Source: Alphaproteobacteria bacterium (GTDB lineage: Bacteria > Pseudomonadota > Alphaproteobacteria > JAJTHO01 > CANGYM01). Taken from it: DNA of 24,000 nt. Shown here piece after piece: positions 17,698 through 24,000 of this stretch. Position numbers and translations under genes: made by a program. Location of the stretch: assembly GCA_044235825.1 (NCBI GenBank), contig JBIIHL010000020.1, positions 4,494-28,493 on the forward strand, written 5' to 3'. Each line of letters starts with the position of its first letter. Position 1 is the stretch's first letter. The notes under the pieces were generated by a model that was not told where the DNA came from, ran no database searches, and saw only the letters and a list, made by a program, of their open reading frames with translations.

Positions 17698-18691
17698 GGG
17701 GTAATTCAGCCAATCTACCTTTTATTAAACTGACAAACGTAGGATAACTGGATAAAGGATTTTGGCTATCGGGGGCAATAACGTCCAAACAGCGCTGTAA
17801 AAAAAGCCTCCCTGTGTTTAATTTTTTATCCAAAATTCTAATAATATAATCCTCTAGTTTTGAACTCTCTAATGGTGAATTTTTGCATTGTGAAAAACTG
17901 TTCAAAATACTTCCCCGAACCCCTTGTTCGGCTGCGATATATGCTCCGTTTAAGGCCACGCTCTCACGGCGATAATTAATACTACCGAAATCTCTTTGGT
18001 CGATCTCTTGCAAAGCAGATGGATAATTCGTTCCCATCTGAGATCTGAAAGCATTTACAAAACTTTCTAACGCTTTTTGCTGGGCATCATATGGTCTATC
18101 GGGCGAATACGATGTCATGATCGCTGACATCAGGAAGGTTCTAGAAATATCAGAAACCTTAACGTTATCGTTAATTCTAAGCAATTGCTTAATGGCTTGT
18201 TTTAAAGGTCTTTTTTCTCCTTTGGGGGAATCCTGATGCAGTTCAGATTGTTCTAGTAGCAAAGCCTGTTCAAATTCTTCTGCTAGCAAAGCAACTAGAG
18301 CATCCACCCATTTTGGGTCAAGTTGATCTTTCTTTAAATTCACTATGGGAATAGCAAACAAACTATCGTTAGAATCCTTGCCAAGCCATCTAGCTTCAAG
18401 AAGGGCACTATCATACCGTTTATTAAAATCATCCAAGTCTTGCGAGTCTAAAAACGCTATCAAGTCAGGATCTTCCAAAGGAACCCAAGTGGCTCCTCTT
18501 TCTACTGCATTATAAACAAAAGATTTTACAAGATATTCTTTCAAAGCATGGTCCACATCAGAGCCCTTGGCGGTGACGGCTCTCATACTGTCGAGATCCT
18601 CTGGATTTAATCGAACTAATGCTTCGATACAGGATGCAAGATTTGCTTTTGCGCTTTCGAGGTCCTCTGGATTAACAATTCTAGTAATCAT
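17588..18691 (-). CDS. Orphan hypothetical protein, 367 aa, encoded on AT-rich DNA; no recognisable domain
   Basis: A long uninterrupted ORF with an ATG start, in a segment whose composition drops sharply. My hand counts of 60-nt samples give 60% GC at 17521-17580, 33% at 17701-17760 and 37% at 18301-18360. No competing ORF covers 17.7-18.7 kb. The last ~37 codons overlap the asmA 3' end on the opposite strand. Confidence 0.6.
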   Translation of the reverse strand: MITRIVNPEDLESAKANLASCIEALVRLNPEDLDSMRAVTAKGSDVDHALKEYLVKSFVYNAVERGATWVPLEDPDLIAFLDSQDLDDFNKRYDSALLEARWLGKDSNDSLFAIPIVNLKKDQLDPKWVDALVALLAEEFEQALLLEQSELHQDSPKGEKRPLKQAIKQLLRINDNVKVSDISRTFLMSAIMTSYSPDRPYDAQQKALESFVNAFRSQMGTNYPSALQEIDQRDFGSINYRRESVALNGAYIAAEQGVRGSILNSFSQCKNSPLESSKLEDYIIRILDKKLNTGRLFLQRCLDVIAPDSQNPLSSYPTFVSLIKGRLAELPPTSTTPATPQESPSSSGGGSSERAVLQARFEGGMSY

Positions 18692-18781
18692 AATTCACGT
18701 TCCATCTCTATATTTAACATTTTATAAAGTTACAAAAAAATTTTATTTCTACCGTAACAAATATCACATTTTCCCGCCAAA

Positions 18782-18804
18782 CCCAAAAAAATTTTTTGGG
18801 GGGG
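18782..18804. repeat. C3-A7-T6-G7 homopolymer palindrome in the divergent intergenic region
   Basis: CCCAAAAAAATTTTTTGGGGGGG read directly from the sequence. It lies between the divergently oriented orphan gene and the TA operon. Confidence 0.6.
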
Positions 18805-18825
18805 TGATGTTTTGGGATCAAAATC

Positions 18826-18854
18826 TTGACAAAAATCTCTATTATCGCTACACT
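18826..18854 (+). promoter_or_regulatory. Candidate sigma70-type promoter for the TA operon (TTGACA-17 nt-TACACT)
   Basis: Consensus TTGACA at 18826-18831, a 17-nt spacer, TACACT at 18849-18854, about 27 nt upstream of the antitoxin start. Confidence 0.4.
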
Positions 18855-18880
18855 TATAACCAATCATCCCATAGACTGTG

Positions 18881-19144
18881 ATGTTCATCATGACTGACAT
18901 TATATCCTCTCGAGACGCGCAAAACCACTTTGGGTCCCTTTTGGATCGGGCCCAGCATGCGCCTGTGATTATCAAGCGGCACAAGCGCGATTGCGTGGCC
19001 GTCATTTCCATGCAAGATTTTGCCCAGTGGCAGGCGTTAAAATCCCAAAATTTCCTGTCTTTGCGCCATGACCTTGCCGAAAAAGCAGCCCAGCGCGGCC
19101 TAACCCCTGAAATCCTGTCAGAGATTCTCGCCTCTGATGCTTAA
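18881..19144 (+). CDS. Type II antitoxin, Phd/YefM family
   Basis: Small (~85 aa) protein with ...ISSRDAQNHFGSLLDRAQHAPVIIKRHKRDCVAVISMQDF, typical of the Phd/YefM N-terminal fold. It overlaps the downstream PIN gene by 8 nt. Start is ambiguous (GTG 18878, ATG 18881, ATG 18890). Confidence 0.8.
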   Translation: MFIMTDIISSRDAQNHFGSLLDRAQHAPVIIKRHKRDCVAVISMQDFAQWQALKSQNFLSLRHDLAEKAAQRGLTPEILSEILASDA

Positions 19145-19550
19145 AAGGTTTGTTTTTGACACCAATGTCCTGATCAGTGCCTTCTTGGCCCCGCTTACGC
19201 CACCCTTTCAGGCGTTAACCTATGCCATCAAAGAAGGGATTTTGCTGCGTTCTCAAGAAACCGATGCGGAACTGACCTCTGTCCTCGCCAGACCCAAATT
19301 TCGCCGGTATTTATCAACTTCTGAAACACAGTCTTTGCTCGCCTCTTATCATGACGTTGCTGAACACATTCCCCATGTTCCCCCCATTGCTATATGCCGC
19401 GACCCCAACGATGATAAATTTCTGGCCTTGGCCGTGCATGGCCATGCGTCTTATGTGATTACGGGCGACCAAGACTTGCTGATTTTAAACCCCTTTTCAG
19501 GCATTCCCCTGCTAACACCTAGGGCATTTTTAACCACGTGTGGATTGTGA
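19137..19550 (+). CDS. PIN-domain toxin (the 'putative toxin-antitoxin system toxin component, PIN family' type)
   Basis: FVFDTNVLISAFL.........ELTSVLARPKF.RY......ICRDPNDDKFLALAVHGHASYVITGDQDLLIL....GIPLLTPRAFL matches this PIN subfamily, including the conserved acidic positions. Confidence 0.88.
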   Translation: MLKRFVFDTNVLISAFLAPLTPPFQALTYAIKEGILLRSQETDAELTSVLARPKFRRYLSTSETQSLLASYHDVAEHIPHVPPIAICRDPNDDKFLALAVHGHASYVITGDQDLLILNPFSGIPLLTPRAFLTTCGL

Positions 19551-19587
19551 TATTTTTCACCCCCCCAACACCTAAATTGCGGCAGGA

Positions 19588-19687
19588 CCCTCTCCCTAGC
19601 CCTCTCCCTGACAGGGAGAGGGAACACAACCTCCTCCCTCTCCCCCCCGGGGAGAGGGCTGGGGAGAGGGGCCGTCACAAAATCATA
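19588..19687. repeat. Left palindromic repeat block (extra hairpin unit plus a 57-bp unit shared with the right flank)
   Basis: CCCTCTCCCT occurs twice (19588-19597, 19600-19609) and pairs with AGGGAGAGGG at 19613-19622. CCCTCTCCCC (19636-19645) pairs with GGGGAGAGGG (19649-19658), and a second GGGGAGAGGG lies at 19661-19670. The tail is CACAAAATCATA. Confidence 0.85.
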
Positions 19688-19721
19688 GATTGATAACAAA
19701 ACATGCCTATACTCATAACTT

Positions 19722-20066
19722 ATGCCCCCCATCAAAGATCACGCCAAATATCTCCGATCCACAATGACAGAAGCAGAGCAATGTCTGTGGCGTGCATTGC
19801 GTGCCCAACGCTTTCATGGTTTTAAATTCCGAAGGCAACATATATTTGACCATTATATTGTTGATTTCGTTTGCTTAAAGAAAAAACTGATCATCGAAAT
19901 CGATGGGGGTCAACATGCAGATCAGTGGTTATACGATCAAAGACGAACAGAATTTTTAACGTCTCAAGGATACCGTGTTTTGCGTTTTTGGAATTCGGAT
20001 GTTCTGAATCACCTTGAATACGTTTTAGAAACTGTTTTGCAATCTCTTCGTCATGCTGAAGAATAA
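19722..20066 (+). CDS. DUF559 domain protein (Vsr-like / PD-(D/E)XK endonuclease fold)
   Basis: ...MTEAEQCLWRALRAQRFHGFKFRRQHIFDHYIVDFVCLKKKLIIEIDGGQH........D..R...L...GYRVLRFWN.DVL matches the DUF559 family. A hand count gives ~38% GC at 19861-19920. Confidence 0.88.
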   Translation: MPPIKDHAKYLRSTMTEAEQCLWRALRAQRFHGFKFRRQHIFDHYIVDFVCLKKKLIIEIDGGQHADQWLYDQRRTEFLTSQGYRVLRFWNSDVLNHLEYVLETVLQSLRHAEE

Positions 20067-20076
20067 TTTTCAGCCC

Positions 20077-20132
20077 CTCCTCCCTCTCCCCCTCGGGGAG
20101 AGGGTTGGGGAGAGATGCGCCACAAAATCATA
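20077..20132. repeat. Right copy of the ~57-bp palindrome-containing direct repeat
   Basis: CTCCTCCCTCTCCCC-CTC-GGGGAGAGGG-TT-GGGGAGAG...CACAAAATCATA. By hand alignment, 48 of ~57 positions are identical to 19631-19687, in the same orientation. Confidence 0.85.
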
Positions 20133-20147
20133 AACCCGTATTTTTTA

Positions 20148-20176
20148 TTGCCTCCAACCCCTGCGGGGATTATGAT
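20148..20176 (+). promoter_or_regulatory. Candidate promoter for ssb (TTGCCT-17 nt-TATGAT)
   Basis: TTGCCT at 20148-20153, a 17-nt spacer, TATGAT at 20171-20176. GGGGA lies 8 nt before the ssb ATG. Pattern only. Confidence 0.35.
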
Positions 20177-20218
20177 TCGGTTTTTGATTGATGACAACAC
20201 AGTGATGGGGATTCTTTT

Positions 20219-20728
20219 ATGGCCGGAAGTTTAAACAAAGTCATGCTGATTGGCAACGTGGGCAAAGACCCTGAAATTCGCACCTCCCAGGATGGGACCA
20301 AATTGGCGACGCTTACCTTGGCCACATCCGAAACATGGCGCGACAAACAATCGGGGGAGCGCAAAGACCGCACCGAATGGCACCGCGTGGTGATTTTTAA
20401 CGACAAACTGGCGGATATCGCCGAGCGCTATGTCAAAAAAGGCAGCCGCATTTTTATCGAGGGCCAACTGCAAACCCGCAAATGGACCGACCAAAGCAAC
20501 GTTGAAAAATACACAACAGAAATTGTCATTTCCCGCTTTAAAGGCGAGCTGACCCTGCTGGATACCAAATCCGACGGCGGCGGCGCCCGCGGCGGCAGTG
20601 GGTACGAGGGGGGATCCTCTCTGGCCGGCCCGGGTGACGGGGCTTTGTATTATGACAGCCCCGAAACGCGGCCCTCCGCCCCTGCGGTCCATTTGGAAAA
20701 AGAGCTTGATGACGAAATCCCGTTTTAG
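20219..20728 (+). CDS. ssb: Single-stranded DNA-binding protein
   Basis: LNKVMLIGNVGKDPEIR....G...A...LATSE.W.D...GERK..TEWHRVV.F......A..Y..KGS...IEG.LQTRKW, a Gly-rich linker and the acidic tail DDEIPF. Confidence 0.95.
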   Translation: MAGSLNKVMLIGNVGKDPEIRTSQDGTKLATLTLATSETWRDKQSGERKDRTEWHRVVIFNDKLADIAERYVKKGSRIFIEGQLQTRKWTDQSNVEKYTTEIVISRFKGELTLLDTKSDGGGARGGSGYEGGSSLAGPGDGALYYDSPETRPSAPAVHLEKELDDEIPF

Positions 20729-20740
20729 GGCCTGCCCATT

Positions 20741-21235
20741 ATGGACACACCCCATATCAAACCGGCCACGCCGGAGGATTTTCACGCCATCTGGTCTTTC
20801 TTTAAGCCCATCACCCGTGACGACAATGCCTTTTGCATGCCTGATGGCTTAGACTTTGACACCGCCAAGGCCATCTGGTTTTCCAAACACCACCAGATTT
20901 TCAAACTGGTTTTGGGGGACACCATCATCGGCACCATCATGCTGCGCCCTAACTTTGGGGGCCCGGGACGCCATCAGGTTGCCAACGCCACCTTTATCAT
21001 TGATCCCGCCCATCACGGACGCGGTTATGGCCGGACAATCGGCCAGTTTGCGCTGGATGAGGCCCGCCGCCAAGGCTATACCGCCATGCTGTTCAATTCC
21101 GTGGTCAGCACGAACCAACGGGCGCTGCATCTTTGGCAATCCTTGGGCTTTCGCATCATTGGAACGGTTCCCCGTGCCTATCGCCACCACACGCTGGGGT
21201 GGGTGGATACGCACATCATGCACCGCTTTTTGTAG
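20741..21235 (+). CDS. GNAT family N-acetyltransferase
   Basis: An acetyl-CoA binding-type motif (HHGRGYGRTIGQFALDEARRQGY) followed by ...NQRALHLWQSLGFRIIGTVP, 164 aa. Confidence 0.85.
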   Translation: MDTPHIKPATPEDFHAIWSFFKPITRDDNAFCMPDGLDFDTAKAIWFSKHHQIFKLVLGDTIIGTIMLRPNFGGPGRHQVANATFIIDPAHHGRGYGRTIGQFALDEARRQGYTAMLFNSVVSTNQRALHLWQSLGFRIIGTVPRAYRHHTLGWVDTHIMHRFL

Positions 21236-21246
21236 GAGTCGTTTTC

Positions 21247-22137
21247 ATGACGCGCTGGCACGCTTGGCGGGGTCCCCTGTGGATCCTGCTGTTTTGCTTT
21301 ATGATGAGCATCGTGGCCTCGTGCGTGCGCTGGCTGAGCGCGGATATGCCCGTCACCCAAGTGGTGTTCTGGCGTAACTTTGCCGCCCTGCTGGCCATGC
21401 TGCCCTGGGCCGCCCCAACATGGCATTATGCCAAAACCATCCGCGTGCGCATCCATGCCTATCGCTCGCTATGCGGGGTGGTGGCCATGCTGCTGTGGTT
21501 TTATACCATCGCCATGCTGCCCATGGCCGATGCCGTGGTCATCAGCTTTACCACCCCCATGTTTGCCACCTTGGCCGCCGTTTTGTTTTTGGGCGAAGTG
21601 GTCCGCTGGCATCGCTGGGCCGCCATTGGTTTTGGGTTTATCGGGGTTTTGATCATCATCAACCCTCAGGGGCCGCATCTGCTGCCTTGGCTGGGCGTGG
21701 CCAGCGGCCTTGCCTCCGCCGTTTTGGCCGCCATTTCCATCACCCTGATCAAGCATCTGTCGTTACGGCACCCCCCCATTTTGATGCTCAGCCTGATTGC
21801 CGCGTTTATGTTGATGTTTTCCATGCCCCTTTTGCTGCTGGGGCTGCAAACCCCGTCCCTCTATCAAATCGGCCTGATTGCCCTGATGGGGGTGACGGCG
21901 CAAATCGGTCAATACGGCGTGATTCGGGCCTTTGAAACCATGGAATCGTCAGAGGCCTCGCCGCTGGATTTTTTCCGCTTGCCCTTTGCCGCCGCCTTTG
22001 GATACATTTTTTTTCACGAGGTCGTCAGCCCCACCACCTGGATCGGGGCGGCCATCATTTTCCTCTCAAACCTCTACATCATCCGCCGCGAACACAAATT
22101 AAAACGCACCCAGGGCGCACCGGTGGTGAAGATGTAG
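21247..22137 (+). CDS. DMT superfamily (EamA-like) transporter
   Basis: About 10 predicted hydrophobic helices in two EamA-like halves (...VVFWRNFAALL..., ...FLGEV..W.RW.A...GF.GVL.II.P). ATG at 21247 has AGGAG 9 nt upstream. The track's longer ORF overlaps the GNAT gene. Confidence 0.85.
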   Translation: MTRWHAWRGPLWILLFCFMMSIVASCVRWLSADMPVTQVVFWRNFAALLAMLPWAAPTWHYAKTIRVRIHAYRSLCGVVAMLLWFYTIAMLPMADAVVISFTTPMFATLAAVLFLGEVVRWHRWAAIGFGFIGVLIIINPQGPHLLPWLGVASGLASAVLAAISITLIKHLSLRHPPILMLSLIAAFMLMFSMPLLLLGLQTPSLYQIGLIALMGVTAQIGQYGVIRAFETMESSEASPLDFFRLPFAAAFGYIFFHEVVSPTTWIGAAIIFLSNLYIIRREHKLKRTQGAPVVKM

Positions 22138-22156
22138 GGGGGGAAAGGCCCCCTAC
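22134..22156. terminator. GC-rich hairpin spanning both stop codons of the convergent transporter and rnj genes
   Basis: GTAGGGGG (22134-22141) pairs with CCCCCTAC (22149-22156) in a perfect 8-bp stem with a GGAAAGG loop. There is no flanking U-tract on either strand, so terminator function is uncertain. Confidence 0.3.
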
Positions 22157-23796
22157 CCCTCCATCAAAACCACATCAATACGGGGGTTTCTGCCGATTTC
22201 TTCGCGCAGCATCTGGCGCAGGGCCTTTTTCATCATGGCGATGATGTGGGGTTTTTTGGCGCCCTCTTCCAAATCCAGACAGGCTTCCATCAAACAGCCG
22301 TGAAAATCGGCCTCCATCTCCTGAAATTCATCATCATCCAGCAGGTTGACATGAAAAAACACAGGGGGTTTGCTGATGGTTTGTTTTTTCGTGTGAAACG
22401 GAACACACACCGCCAGATACCCATCCTGCAACACCTGATGCAAACGCTTGTGACGTTGGCCAAACAGGGGCATCAGACGGGATCCATGAACCCCCATGCG
22501 GGACACATCCATCTGGCTGGTGATGGTGGGGTGATCGCCCTCCAGCTTGATGATGGCCCCGTTGTGGGCCACCAGACTGTGGGGCACGCCGCAGGTTTTG
22601 GCAAAGGCCGCATGTTCGCGGATATGACGGGGCTCTCCGTGGACCGGAATGGAGCTTTTGGGGCGAACCCAATCGTACAGCGTTCTTAAATCATCCCGTG
22701 ACGGGTGCCCTGACACGTGAATCATGGCGTCTTTTTCCGTGATGATTTTTGCGCCGCGCTCTGAGAGTTGATTTTGCAGGGCATAAATGGATTTTTCATT
22801 CCCCGGAATCACGCGGGATGAAAAAATCACCGTATCGCCCTTTTGAACCGCCACATCGGGATGTTCCCCGCGGGCAATTTTCCCCAAAGCCGCCCGCGAT
22901 TCCCCTTGGGACCCTGTGGCGATATAAACCAACTTGTGACGGGGGGCCAGACGGGCTTGCTCGCTGTCCAAAAACGGGGGGATGTGTTTCAAATACCCAG
23001 TATCCCGCGCCGCTTTGTCAATGCGCCACATGGATTTCCCAACCAAGGCCACCGCGCGATCACAGGCCAAGGCGGCCTCAGCAATGCTTTGCACACGGGC
23101 CACGTTGGTGGCAAAACATCCGACAAACACCGTTTTTTCGCATGATTTCATGACATCAATCAGGTTTTTGGCCACATCGGCCTCTGACCCCGTGCTGCCT
23201 TCACAAAACACGTTGGTGGAATCACACACCATGGCCAGCACGCCCTCTTGGCCCAGAGACCGCAGTCTGGCTTCGTCAGAGGTCTGGCCCACCCGTGGAT
23301 CTGGATCCAGTTTCCAGTCCCCCGTGTGCAGCACCGATCCGGCCTTTGTGGTGATCAAAACCGCGTTGGGCTCTGGTATGGAATGGGTTAAGGTAATCAA
23401 TTCAATGGTAAAAGGGCCAATGGTGCAGGTGCCGGAAAGGGGCAATTTTTTGATGGGGGGATTTTGCACCACACCCAGCAATTTTTGCCGCACCAACGCC
23501 GCCGTGAAATCCGTGGCATAAATGGGGCATTCCAGTTCTGGCCAGACATAGGGAATGGCCCCGATGTGATCTTCGTGACCGTGGGTACACACCAAACCCA
23601 CAATTTTATCGCGGTTATCCAGCAGATACCCAGGATCCGCCACAATCAAATCAATGCCTGGCGTTGTGGCATCGCCAAAGGTCACGCCGCAATCCACCAC
23701 CAAAAGTTTCCCCTTGTAGGCATACACATTAAGATTCATCCCGATTTCCTGACATCCCCCGAGAGGAATAAAGGAAAAAGCCTGAGGTACCGTCAT
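22153..23796 (-). CDS. rnj: Ribonuclease J (beta-CASP MBL-fold RNase)
   Basis: FIPLGGCQEIGMNLNVY.......VDCG..F........D.I..D..YL.......GLVCTHGHEDHIGAIPYVW, beta-CASP motifs (..HTGDWK.D, HVSGH), 547 aa. Confidence 0.92.
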   Translation of the reverse strand: MTVPQAFSFIPLGGCQEIGMNLNVYAYKGKLLVVDCGVTFGDATTPGIDLIVADPGYLLDNRDKIVGLVCTHGHEDHIGAIPYVWPELECPIYATDFTAALVRQKLLGVVQNPPIKKLPLSGTCTIGPFTIELITLTHSIPEPNAVLITTKAGSVLHTGDWKLDPDPRVGQTSDEARLRSLGQEGVLAMVCDSTNVFCEGSTGSEADVAKNLIDVMKSCEKTVFVGCFATNVARVQSIAEAALACDRAVALVGKSMWRIDKAARDTGYLKHIPPFLDSEQARLAPRHKLVYIATGSQGESRAALGKIARGEHPDVAVQKGDTVIFSSRVIPGNEKSIYALQNQLSERGAKIITEKDAMIHVSGHPSRDDLRTLYDWVRPKSSIPVHGEPRHIREHAAFAKTCGVPHSLVAHNGAIIKLEGDHPTITSQMDVSRMGVHGSRLMPLFGQRHKRLHQVLQDGYLAVCVPFHTKKQTISKPPVFFHVNLLDDDEFQEMEADFHGCLMEACLDLEEGAKKPHIIAMMKKALRQMLREEIGRNPRIDVVLMEG

Positions 23797-23807
23797 GAAA
23801 CATCCAA

Positions 23808-23850
23808 TCTTTATAAAACAAAGAGGCTCTTATACGCGAAAAGAGCGTCT
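23808..23850 (-). terminator. Possible intrinsic terminator upstream of rnj (read on the minus strand)
   Basis: On the minus strand, AGACGCUCUU (23850-23841) pairs with AAGAGCCUCU (23831-22) at 9 of 10 positions across a 9-nt loop, followed by UUGUUUUAU. This would terminate an unresolved minus-strand ORF ending at 23884. Confidence 0.3.
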
Positions 23851-24000
23851 TTGGCCATGATTCTTTAAAGGACACAGGGTCATTCAATAAACCTTTGTTA
23901 GGATTTGGATGGCTTTGTAGGTTTTTCGTTGGAAGAATTGGATGCCTTCGGTGAATTTTCCGATGGTTTTGTCCAAGATATGAACGACCAAGCCATTGAT

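Noticed and set aside
19451-19735. 94-aa minus-strand ORF (…PLPSPLPGGEREEVVFPLPVRERARERV…)
   Set aside because: It is simply the translation of the CCCTCTCCC/GGGAGAGGG palindromic repeats, and it overlaps the end of the PIN gene and the start of the DUF559 gene. It is a low-complexity artefact, not a gene.
20231-20785. 184-aa ORF antisense to ssb
   Set aside because: It is fully contained in, and antisense to, an unmistakable ssb gene, and has no motif. Shadow ORF.
21133-21246. N-terminal extension of the DMT transporter ORF overlapping the GNAT gene by ~100 nt
   Set aside because: The extension is an out-of-frame read of the GNAT 3' end. The ATG at 21247, with AGGAG upstream, begins directly at the first transmembrane segment.
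23884-24000. Coding potential at the right edge
   Set aside because: Both a minus-strand frame (…INGLVVHILDKTIGKFTEGIQFFQRKTYKAIQILTKVY, stop at 23884) and a plus-strand frame (open from 23902, …FSLEELDAFGEFSDGFVQDMNDQAID) are open over the last ~100 nt. Neither shows a recognisable motif or a convincing start, so I make no CDS call.
1-24000. Scan for tRNA/rRNA genes, CRISPR arrays, IS elements, integrases and SOS (GTTC-N7-GTTC) or sigma-54 (TGGCAC-N5-TTGC) boxes
   Set aside because: I found no T-loop-like GGTTCGAATCC motifs in intergenic DNA. No repeat occurs more than twice with regular spacing, and no transposase or integrase-like translation appears. The TGGCAC occurrences at ~512, ~12002 and ~21254 lack a correctly spaced TTGC and lie in coding sequence. 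This was a visual scan only and is not exhaustive.

Overview
The window looks like a compact alphaproteobacterial-type chromosomal segment. I infer that from gene content and protein similarity only; I could not run any search. I can support about 27 CDSs and found no rRNA, tRNA, CRISPR array, transposase or integrase. Most of the window is housekeeping: the flhA 3' end, ruvX, gatC-gatA, infC, an IMPase (suhB-like), alr, fliQ, secB, a GT4 glycosyltransferase, an MBL-fold hydrolase, an APH/P-loop kinase, pdxH, murA, ruvB, bolA, a PTA/PTB-family acyltransferase, an AsmA-family protein, ssb, a GNAT, a DMT/EamA transporter and RNase J. Genes are tightly packed, with four ATGA start/stop overlaps and two convergent pairs that have overlapping or near-touching stops. 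The non-ordinary part is about 17.6-20.14 kb, wedged between asmA and ssb. It holds (1) an AT-rich orphan gene of 367 aa with no recognisable domain, whose 3' tail runs 110 nt antisense into asmA; (2) a Phd/YefM-PIN type II toxin-antitoxin pair; and (3) a DUF559 (Vsr-like endonuclease fold) gene bracketed by about 57-bp direct repeats built from CCCTCTCCCC/GGGGAGAGGG palindromes. Other points worth a look are a strongly structured roughly 190-nt leader or sRNA candidate between flhA and an orphan 258-aa gene, a translationally coupled kinase + MBL-hydrolase pair of unknown function, and an orphan fliQ embedded in a secB-alr string. All functional calls rest on reading the supplied translations against family motifs I know. 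No database search was possible.
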